Shown: positions 25,990-32,536 of the stretch, piece by piece
Layout of the letters: every line of letters starts with the position of its first letter
Position numbering within the stretch: position 1 is the stretch's first letter
IMG/VR virus record: IMGVR_UViG_3300032893_000003
Span: 142,633-175,168 of that record
DNA: 32,536 nucleotides
From: a virus
Lineage: Duplodnaviria > Heunggongvirae > Uroviricota > Caudoviricetes
Direction: 5' to 3' (one strand)
Notes under the pieces: generated by a model
What the model was told of the DNA's origin: nothing
The model's input: the letters and a program-made list of their open reading frames with translations, nothing else
The model's database searches: none
Program-made: the position numbers and the translations under genes

Positions 25990-26572
25990 CGCAACCACCT
26001 GGGCCCCTAAACTTGCCCGAAGAAAAAACACTTTTGAGGCAATGATCAATCATGTGTGGAATAAAGCGGGTGGAGGAGACCCAGTTTTTATTGTAGAGAC
26101 GGGAAGTGCTTGGGATATGGGAAATTGGGACGGGCAGGGGCAGTCCACTTTGATATGGGATTGGCTCATCGAAGAGGGCAAAGCTCATGGAAAAAATATT
26201 AGAGCTTACTCCGTTGATATCAATGAAGAGAGCGTTACAACAGCGCGTTTCCAAGTTAAAAACGTCGACGTTGTTCTTAGCGATTCTGTCAAATTTTTAA
26301 ATGGACTTACCCCATGGGTGTTAAACAACGCAGCGCTCGTATACTTAGATTCTTATGACTGGTCTCAAGAAAGAAACATAGAGTCAGCATTTCATCACAT
26401 GGCAGAGCTTGCAGCCGTTTGGAGAGATTTGAGGCCTGGCTGTATGGTAGCTGTCGACGATCGCCATGGTGACTATAAGGGAAAGCACTGGCTTGTCGAG
26501 GCTTTCATGGGGCACTATCTAAAAACCGCTCCCGCCTTTAAAAGCCATCAGATAGGCTGGATTAAGGCCTAG
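25967..26572 (+). CDS. Class I SAM-dependent methyltransferase (Methyltransf_24-like)
   Basis: FIVETGS (motif I), YSVDIN, SDSVKFL, LVYLDSYD, GCMVAVDD and GK motifs; SD AAGGAG; 23-nt overlap with the GT9 gene. Confidence 0.8.
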   Translation: MTISEAFNATTWAPKLARRKNTFEAMINHVWNKAGGGDPVFIVETGSAWDMGNWDGQGQSTLIWDWLIEEGKAHGKNIRAYSVDINEESVTTARFQVKNVDVVLSDSVKFLNGLTPWVLNNAALVYLDSYDWSQERNIESAFHHMAELAAVWRDLRPGCMVAVDDRHGDYKGKHWLVEAFMGHYLKTAPAFKSHQIGWIKA

Positions 26573-26625
26573 ACTTTCTAAGCCCCTTTATTTGTAGTAC
26601 AGTATTTGGAAAAGGGAGGGTGTTT

Positions 26626-27099
26626 ATGAAATACCTAACAGGTCTGTTCGTGGTTCTATTTAGCGTGCTTTGTTTTGCACAGGCAACGGATACGCCTGTT
26701 GCACCCGCCGATTTTCTTGTTCAAGTTATCCAGTTCATACAGCAATCGGGCGGCATGACCTGGTTTGCAAAAGTAGCTGGCATAATTATGCTTGTTGTCG
26801 GCTCGATGAAAGTGACCGTACTTAATCAGTGGATTTGGTCTAAGCTTGGCAGCCTGCAGGTTTGGCTAGCTCCAGCACTCGGTCTGATTGGTGGCTACTT
26901 GACTTCGCTCACGACCGGTACGCCCGTAAACTTCGCAAGTCTAATGGCTTTCCTCGCGGCTGGTGTAGGTGCTACTTATCTTCACGAGATTCTTGATCTC
27001 GTTAAGGCAATTCCCGGGCTCGGCGCAATTTATGTCTCGATCATAAACGCCATCGAAAACCTGCCTGGCATCGGAAGCGGCGGTCAAAGCTCCCAGTAG
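26626..27099 (+). CDS. Multi-pass membrane protein, holin-like
   Basis: Signal-peptide-like N-terminus plus about three hydrophobic segments. SD GGGAGG (26614-26619) favours ATG 26626 over GTG 26620. It lies upstream of spanin-like genes. Confidence 0.55.
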   Translation: MKYLTGLFVVLFSVLCFAQATDTPVAPADFLVQVIQFIQQSGGMTWFAKVAGIIMLVVGSMKVTVLNQWIWSKLGSLQVWLAPALGLIGGYLTSLTTGTPVNFASLMAFLAAGVGATYLHEILDLVKAIPGLGAIYVSIINAIENLPGIGSGGQSSQ

Positions 27100-27209
27100 A
27101 CGGCTCCATATTCCTAGGGACAGTTGAAGACATCGTAAAAAACGTTGTCTTCAACTTCGCCTTAGAGGAAGCATGGCAGGCAATAGTCGGAGCCGTTTCG
27201 TTTTTAGGC

Positions 27210-27518
27210 TTGCCCGTTATAGGACCCATCGCAGAATGGCTGTTTTTCCAAGCGGGAAAATTTATTTATGCCCGTCTTGTTGCCTGGATTAACTTTGAAG
27301 TTGTAAGATTTCAGACAGATGTACAAAGACAGGAATATGATAATGCGGTGGCGGCTTTGCAGGCTGCTTTCAATAAATCAAACGGAGATCCCAATGCAGT
27401 TCAAAAAGCTTCTGATGCGTTCGATAGTGCACTTGCCACACTTGTTCGTTTCAACGTTTCTGCTTCTGTTCCTGGCTCTAGTTCTAAATGGGTGCACAAA
27501 CGTTACTATCAAAGATGA
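27210..27518 (+). CDS. Putative inner-membrane spanin-like protein; true start probably upstream, near 27096-27108
   Basis: The frame is open from 27006 with no ATG/GTG/TTG before 27210. Hydrophobic N-half, helical C-half; a lipoprotein gene overlaps its 3' end. Confidence 0.45.
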   Translation: MPVIGPIAEWLFFQAGKFIYARLVAWINFEVVRFQTDVQRQEYDNAVAALQAAFNKSNGDPNAVQKASDAFDSALATLVRFNVSASVPGSSSKWVHKRYYQR

Positions 27519-27804
27519 GACGTTTTGTGGAGACAAGGGCGCTTTAGGCGCTACTTGTGTCCACACGCTCGTTAGCGATACGCAAAGTGTGCCGAAGCTC
27601 GATTGGGACGCTATGAGATATGGGATGATCTGCGAATCCTCTCAGACGTTTGCGGACTTAAAATCAGACATCGAGCAGCTCTGCCAAACAAGCCATGCAT
27701 GCACCTACGACGTTCAACAAAAAATGAACGCCTTTTTTAGCAAAATGGATTCCATTAACGTGAATCCTGTTAAACCCACGGGTTTGTTTTTACCGCGGCA
27801 TTAA
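27415..27804 (+). CDS. Lipoprotein, putative outer-membrane spanin (Rz1-like)
   Basis: Signal MRSIVHLPHLFVSTFLLLFLALVLNG-C with the lipobox Cys at 27493. It begins inside the upstream gene in another frame and has five further Cys. Confidence 0.7.
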   Translation: MRSIVHLPHLFVSTFLLLFLALVLNGCTNVTIKDETFCGDKGALGATCVHTLVSDTQSVPKLDWDAMRYGMICESSQTFADLKSDIEQLCQTSHACTYDVQQKMNAFFSKMDSINVNPVKPTGLFLPRH

Positions 27805-28409
27805 TTGTGGTGGGATAAGAAATCACCGATTTGTTTGGCGTAGGACAGCAAAATATCGTCGCTCCGCTTACCCGGATCGGTCAGCCAGGCTACGCACAGA
27901 ATTCCTATCCAATTTCTGCGGATATCGCGAACGGCTGTTGCTAAAACTTTTTGGTTGCCTGTCTCAACAAACAGGCTTTCAAGAAAATTGTCGTCGGCAA
28001 AGGTGTCAGCTAAGAGAATGACGGAAGGCTTATCTTGTAGGGCCTTAAGACTCATGACCATCTGAGTCGAAGGAATCATCTCGCCGGCCGCGGGGTTAGA
28101 AACCCCCACTTTTGTCACGAAGTGGGTCAGAAAGGTTTTCATTATGCTACCGCCTGCAAGGTAGTAGTCCCCGTTGTAGAACTGGTAAAGACAGACCCGA
28201 TCAGCCTGGTACGGCACACGCAGTTCGGAGAGAAGCTCGCGAAGCCGGACGTTTTGATTGATCCCGCGTTCAAAGCGTTTTATAGCCCTGTCTTGCCACC
28301 ATCTTTTGATATGTCCGAGACTAGCCGTTATAATAGCTATAGCCAGAAAGATGATGATTTCTGACAAATTATTAAAAAGCTCTTGTAAAAATGGAGCAAA
28401 GGGTTCCAT
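27801..28409 (-). CDS. Single-TM + GAF-like protein resembling the T4 holin T family
   Basis: TM segment IIIFLAIAIITASLGHI, then ADRVCLYQFYNG...GGSIMK...THF...GVS and ...WIGILCVAW; SD AAGGA on the minus strand. Confidence 0.6.
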   Translation of the reverse strand: MEPFAPFLQELFNNLSEIIIFLAIAIITASLGHIKRWWQDRAIKRFERGINQNVRLRELLSELRVPYQADRVCLYQFYNGDYYLAGGSIMKTFLTHFVTKVGVSNPAAGEMIPSTQMVMSLKALQDKPSVILLADTFADDNFLESLFVETGNQKVLATAVRDIRRNWIGILCVAWLTDPGKRSDDILLSYAKQIGDFLSHHN

Positions 28410-28432
28410 CTAAATCCTTTTTGAAGGGTTTC

Positions 28433-28445
28433 TAGTATGATAACA
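28433..28445. promoter_or_regulatory. Candidate overlapping divergent -10 elements
   Basis: Plus strand: TAGTAT (28433-28438) or TATGAT (28436-28441). Minus strand: extended -10 TGTTATCAT (28445-28437). They lie in the 56-nt gap between divergent genes. Confidence 0.4.
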
Positions 28446-28465
28446 TTTCGGTAAAGGAGTTCTCA

Positions 28466-28882
28466 ATGGCTGCGACTATTTATTATTTTGGACGCTTCCC
28501 CACGACCATCGTGATGCAGTCCTCGACCCAGTTTAACGGAACGGCTCAAACTGGGACTCCGGTTATGAGTCCAGGTGCTTATACTTTTCCTGTACAAGCT
28601 GGTGGTGGTCTCTACGCCTTTCACGATTTACCTATAGAAGTGGAGCAAATCTCCTTCTCCGGAGGTAGCACATGCACAGTCACAAAGGTTGTAGAGGATT
28701 CTAATGGCAGCACTTTGCAGTCAACGACTTTGGCAACGCTGAATAGCAGCAATCCAATTTACAATACGAAGACATTTTTAACCCCTAATGAGTACCTCAC
28801 TTTTTCTAGCTCGGGGGGCGCAAATCCAGTGGTCGCGATTACGGCACACCTTGCAAGTTACGCGGCTGACGGAGGGAGCTAA
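28466..28882 (+). CDS. Hypothetical beta-rich structural protein
   Basis: SD AAAGGAG; Thr/Ser/Gly-rich; TAATG-coupled to the next gene. Confidence 0.7.
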   Translation: MAATIYYFGRFPTTIVMQSSTQFNGTAQTGTPVMSPGAYTFPVQAGGGLYAFHDLPIEVEQISFSGGSTCTVTKVVEDSNGSTLQSTTLATLNSSNPIYNTKTFLTPNEYLTFSSSGGANPVVAITAHLASYAADGGS

Positions 28883-29325
28883 TGGCAACGTATGCCACAG
28901 TCTCTCCTACAGGAGTTGCTACTGCGATCTTGCAAGCTAATAGCAAGAAAGCGTTAAACAATAGCGGATCTTCGCTGCCACAGTTTTCTGTGTGTTCATG
29001 GACTAATACCAGCACACTAGAGCCAGCAAGTGCGCTTAATATGCAGCCAGATAAATTCGCTGGCATCGCAGTTGCCGCTATTCCAAATGGCCAATATGGT
29101 CTAGTCCAAAGAAATGGGAAATTACCTGGGGCCATCACGAGTTTAAATGCTGTCGCAGGACAGCCAGTGTTTCTTGATGAAACAGCTGGTCAGATGACCC
29201 TTGATACATCAGGTTTTCAGGAGACTTCGACTATTTTAAAGCTTGGATACGCTGAGCCGCCCGACGGCCAGACAGGTCTAGCGACGGACTTATTTATTGA
29301 AATCGAATACATTTCCGAAGATTAA
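28882..29325 (+). CDS. Capsid-decoration / cement-like (DUF2190-type) protein
   Basis: GIAVAAIPNGQYGLVQRNG...AGQPVFLDETAGQMT...LGYA pattern. Confidence 0.55.
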   Translation: MATYATVSPTGVATAILQANSKKALNNSGSSLPQFSVCSWTNTSTLEPASALNMQPDKFAGIAVAAIPNGQYGLVQRNGKLPGAITSLNAVAGQPVFLDETAGQMTLDTSGFQETSTILKLGYAEPPDGQTGLATDLFIEIEYISED

Positions 29326-29338
29326 AAGGAGATATAAA

Positions 29339-29617
29339 GTGGGTAAGATGAAGCTGAGGAAAAAATCCCGGCTTGTAAAAACGTCCCAAAAGAGGGAAAA
29401 TGTAGAACTGGATTACATGCCTGGACAAGGGGACGATACGATCTGCTTGTACCAGACCAGTCCTGACTTCCTAGAAAACCTCGAGCGTTCTGAGGACTTG
29501 CGGGAAGGCCTTATAAGACTCAAGCAGAAATTTTTATGGGAGATCCAAGAATGGACAAAACGGTTTGGAATAAAAACCGAAGTTAGAGTTTTTTACACTT
29601 TAAACCCAGAGGAGTGA
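29339..29617 (+). CDS. Small basic hypothetical protein
   Basis: SD AGGAG (29328-29332) supports GTG 29339 rather than the track start at 29297. Confidence 0.6.
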   Translation: MGKMKLRKKSRLVKTSQKRENVELDYMPGQGDDTICLYQTSPDFLENLERSEDLREGLIRLKQKFLWEIQEWTKRFGIKTEVRVFYTLNPEE

Positions 29618-29621
29618 GGAA

Positions 29622-31292
29622 ATGGCTGCATACGATATCATAACGTGGAGCTCAAATAACCGCGAGAAGCGGATTCCATCCCAGTCAAATACATTCAATT
29701 TCTTGAGCGTGACAATCGGCGCAGATGCGCTTCCGATTACAGAAGTTAGTTCTTCCGCTTTTGGGTTTGGAAATAAACTTCTGTCAAACGTGACCGATCC
29801 TTTAAGCGCTCAAGACGCTGCTACCAAAAACTACGTTGATAACGCGAGTTCTTCTGGTGCTAATACAGCTTTGAGTAACCTTGCAAGTACAGCCGTTAAC
29901 GTCTCGATTTCTCCTGGTACAGATGGCTCTATCAATCTCGGTTCAGCAACAAAACGCTGGCTTCACATATTTGCTGAAAACGTCGAAGATGCTTCTTCCG
30001 TTATTTCAACTGATTTTACAAATCGTCAATTAGTAGACAGCTCTGGTAACGTATCAGTCGACTGGACAGCTCAACTCTTAAAAACAAGTGGCACCACAAA
30101 ACTTGACTGGTCCGGCACAGACGTATCTGTTAACTCTCGAAAGATCACGAATCTCAATACCCCGACCACGGGTTCAGACGCAGCTACAAAAGCTTACGTC
30201 GATGCTGTCGCAACAGGTCTTGTAGTAAAGGCTTCTGTTCAAGCAGCCACGACTACCGCCCTTGCAGCTAACACCTATAACAACGGATCTTCTGGAGTTG
30301 GAGCCACGCTGACGGCAAACTCTAACGGTGCCCTCGCTGCGATCGATGGTTACACTGCTAGTGTCAATGACCGTCTATTGATTAAAAATGAAGCCACTGG
30401 GGCAAATAACGGCGTTTACACTGTCACTCAAGTAGGCGATGGTTCAAACCCCTACATTCTGACTCGTGCGACCGATGCCGACACTTGCCAACCCGCTTCT
30501 AATCCGAAAGTTACTTCTGGGCTACACTGCTTTATCGAGCACGGCACGGCAAATGGCAGCCAGGGCTGGGTTTTAACAACTCCTGACCCGATCACTCTTG
30601 GTACTACCGCTCTTACGTTCTCGCAGTTCTCGGCACCTGCTCAATTGACTGCCGGCAGCGGTATCACGATCATGAGCAACCAAATCAACGTTGATGTTGA
30701 TAATGCCACAATCATCATCTCATCAAACCAAGTTCAGGTACAAAAAGACGGGACGACACTGTCTTCTTCTGCATCCGGCTTGAAGGTTGCGGATAACGGG
30801 ATTACGGCTACTCAACTTAATACCTCAGTTGCTGGAAACGGTTTGACTGGCGGCGGTGGAACAGCACTCTCAGTTGTCAGCGCCGACACCTCGATCAGCG
30901 TTAGCGGCTCTGGCGTAGCTGTGAACTTCGCTGAGTCGCGCACAAACGATAACGCTGGCTCCATTACAGCCACCCAGATCGTCTACATCAAATCAAACGG
31001 TCATGTAGACTTGGCAAGTGCTACGACACAAGACAACACTGCATCTTTGGGTGTTGTAAAAGATGCTTCGATTGCAACTACGGCTTCCGGAAACATCTAC
31101 GAGCGTCCGGGCGCATGGATTGGTGGGTTTTCTTCTTTAACTGTTGGCGCACCCGTGTACTTGAGCACAACCTCAGGAGCTACGACACAGTCATTAACTG
31201 GCTTTTCTGCTGGTAACTTTGTTTGGCAATTAGGAACTGCTTTAAGCGCTACGACAATTGAGTGGAACCCCATATTTTTGATTGAGTACTAA
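29622..31292 (+). CDS. Fibre protein with DAATKxYVD repeats and a C-terminal cement-like domain
   Basis: Two PxxxxDAATKxYVD motifs; a KASVQAATT...DRLLIKNE...NGVY...LTRATDAD module; Gly/Ser shaft repeats; C-terminal VGAPVYLSTTSG. Confidence 0.7.
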   Translation: MAAYDIITWSSNNREKRIPSQSNTFNFLSVTIGADALPITEVSSSAFGFGNKLLSNVTDPLSAQDAATKNYVDNASSSGANTALSNLASTAVNVSISPGTDGSINLGSATKRWLHIFAENVEDASSVISTDFTNRQLVDSSGNVSVDWTAQLLKTSGTTKLDWSGTDVSVNSRKITNLNTPTTGSDAATKAYVDAVATGLVVKASVQAATTTALAANTYNNGSSGVGATLTANSNGALAAIDGYTASVNDRLLIKNEATGANNGVYTVTQVGDGSNPYILTRATDADTCQPASNPKVTSGLHCFIEHGTANGSQGWVLTTPDPITLGTTALTFSQFSAPAQLTAGSGITIMSNQINVDVDNATIIISSNQVQVQKDGTTLSSSASGLKVADNGITATQLNTSVAGNGLTGGGGTALSVVSADTSISVSGSGVAVNFAESRTNDNAGSITATQIVYIKSNGHVDLASATTQDNTASLGVVKDASIATTASGNIYERPGAWIGGFSSLTVGAPVYLSTTSGATTQSLTGFSAGNFVWQLGTALSATTIEWNPIFLIEY

Positions 31293-31322
31293 ATCTGTCT
31301 GTAGATTTATGGGGGAGGCTAG

Positions 31323-31637
31323 GTGTCCTATAACTTAGTTCAATGGGACAATACTAACAATCGGGTGAAGCGATCTTCGCTTCCCTCTCCTGATTTCAGG
31401 GCAGGCAGACAATCTGTAGGGAGCGGAGCGACTTCAGTGTCCGTGACCTTTAGTTCGGCAATAGCTAACACCAATTACCCCCCGATTTGTACTTGGCAGA
31501 ATACGACAGATACCCATCCGCAATTTCAACCGCTTGTGATAACAGCCTTTTCGACGACTGGGTTTACCGTGTCCTGGAACGTGGCGACAGATACTGCAAA
31601 TTACAGTATAAACTGGCAAGTTATGGTTAATAACTAA
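31323..31637 (+). CDS. Stand-alone copy of the 80-aa fibre C-terminal domain
   Basis: VTFSSAIANTNY...HPQFQPLVITAFSTTGFTVSWN...NYSINW aligns by eye to both repeats in 16824-19727; SD GGGGAGG. Confidence 0.75.
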   Translation: MSYNLVQWDNTNNRVKRSSLPSPDFRAGRQSVGSGATSVSVTFSSAIANTNYPPICTWQNTTDTHPQFQPLVITAFSTTGFTVSWNVATDTANYSINWQVMVNN

Positions 31638-31658
31638 GGCGTGATAGAATAGGAGAAT

Positions 31659-32279
31659 ATGGCATACATTCAGGGGCAAGCATCAAGTAGAACAGTTTAT
31701 CTATCCTTACTGGATGTGCCGGCCACGACTGTCCAGTACACCGACGTCACTGTTCAATATAAAAAAGCAGGATCTCAGGTTCTCGCAACGAAAGTACTTG
31801 TTGCATCTGATTGGTTAAATATCGGAAATGGTATTTATAGCATCAACTTCTCTCCCACAGACATGGACACTGTAGGGGATTTTACGTTCTTTCTTACAAG
31901 CTCACTTTTTGATAACTTTCTCTATGACGAATTTACGATCGAGCCTGCGACAACCCCTATCCAAGCGCCACTTCCTAGCCAATGTATTGTGAGCGGCACT
32001 ATCGTGAACCAAAGCGGTCTTCCTCCACGGCCAGTGAAGGTCGTCGCAAGACCCGCAGCCTTCCCCGCGCAATCAGGACAAAACATAATGTCAGCGGACG
32101 CCGTCTTTACGTACGTCGATGCCTACGGAAATTTCTCTTTAGCCCTTGTCAGGAATTCTGTTGTGATTGTCGAAGTCGAGCGCGCAGGGATCCGTGCACA
32201 GATCAACGTACCGGACTCTCCCACAGCAAACCTTATCGATCTGCTTCCGCCGCTTCCAAATGTCTATCCCATCACATAG
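31659..32279 (+). CDS. Two-domain beta-sandwich structural protein (Ig / carboxypeptidase-regulatory-like)
   Basis: IGNGIYSINFSPTDMDTVGDF and CIVSGTIVNQSG...VDAYGNFSLALVRNSVVIVEVERAG; SD AGGAG. Confidence 0.6.
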   Translation: MAYIQGQASSRTVYLSLLDVPATTVQYTDVTVQYKKAGSQVLATKVLVASDWLNIGNGIYSINFSPTDMDTVGDFTFFLTSSLFDNFLYDEFTIEPATTPIQAPLPSQCIVSGTIVNQSGLPPRPVKVVARPAAFPAQSGQNIMSADAVFTYVDAYGNFSLALVRNSVVIVEVERAGIRAQINVPDSPTANLIDLLPPLPNVYPIT

Positions 32280-32281
32280 TT

Positions 32282-32319
32282 AAAAAAAGCCCGCAGAACA
32301 TTCTAGCGCATCCTGCGGG
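32282..32319 (-). terminator. Intrinsic terminator for minus-strand transcription
   Basis: The minus-strand RNA is CCCGCAG-GAUG-loop-UGUU-CUGCGGG-C-U7, and the stem extends through G-U wobbles only on this strand. Confidence 0.7.
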
Positions 32320-32359
32320 AAACTGGCGCAAAGGTTGTCAGAACAATGCGCCGGTTTTT
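32320..32359 (+). terminator. Candidate intrinsic terminator for the plus-strand operon
   Basis: AAACTGGCGCA (32320-32330) pairs with TGCGCCGGTTT (32347-32357), with an inner TTGT/ACAA pairing, ending in T5. Confidence 0.55.
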
Positions 32360-32366
32360 ACGACCT

Positions 32367-32536
32367 TTAAGAAGCTTTCCGGCTTGGTCGAGCCGAAGCT
32401 ACAAATTCATTCCCTTGTGAAAAGAGATCTGAGCTTGTTGTCTCAGTTTTTGTTTCCGTAGTTGCTTCCCCTGTGGGCGTTGCTTCATCTTCGACCTTCG
32501 AAGCACGAGTGATCGCGCTTGCGCCAACGATGGCAA
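32367..32536 (-). CDS. 3' end of a minus-strand gene, truncated by the window
   Basis: The frame is open from the window end (AIVGASAITRASKVEDEATPTGEATTETKTETTSSDLFSQGNEFVASARPSRKAS) to TAA at 32369-32367, followed by the minus-strand terminator. It is not in the ORF track. Confidence 0.55.
   Translation of the reverse strand, partial: AIVGASAITRASKVEDEATPTGEATTETKTETTSSDLFSQGNEFVASARPSRKAS

Noticed and set aside
27319-27414. Track start of the lipoprotein ORF at 27319
   Set aside because: It would put 32 extra residues before the signal peptide; ATG 27415 gives a normal-length lipoprotein signal.
31982-32461. 159-aa + strand ORF
   Set aside because: It overlaps the 31659 gene, runs through both terminators and into the minus-strand gene end, and has an Arg/Ser/Cys-rich non-protein-like composition.
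5-32536. Stop-codon reassignment (alternative genetic code)
   Set aside because: TAA, TAG and TGA all end genes at sensible boundaries, and coding density is already near complete under the standard code.
1-32536. tRNA, rRNA, integrase/att site or IS element
   Set aside because: The intergenic gaps are too short, and no cloverleaf, recombinase or transposase motifs or terminal inverted repeats were seen.

Overview
The window is almost fully coding, mostly on the + strand, and uses the standard genetic code. It reads as the virion tail/baseplate and lysis region of a large contractile-tailed (myovirus-type) phage or prophage of a diderm host. Gene order: a tape-measure-like gene (probably cut by the window start); a hub-like gene; a divergent sigma-70-family gene wedged into the baseplate operon; gp25-like and baseplate J-like wedge genes; four small basic proteins sharing an F-x-x-G-F-x-K-x-A-like motif; a second wedge gene; tail-collar and fibre genes; three tandem RCC1-repeat paralogues, each with eight repeats nested in a split scaffold domain; a GT9 glycosyltransferase and SAM methyltransferase pair; a holin/spanin-like cassette; a convergent TM+GAF (T4 holin T-like) gene; a second fibre/decoration cluster; and crossed intrinsic terminators at the end. 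No capsid, terminase, sheath, tube, spike, endolysin, integrase, tRNA, rRNA or CRISPR array was recognised. All family calls come from motif recognition by eye; no database search was run.
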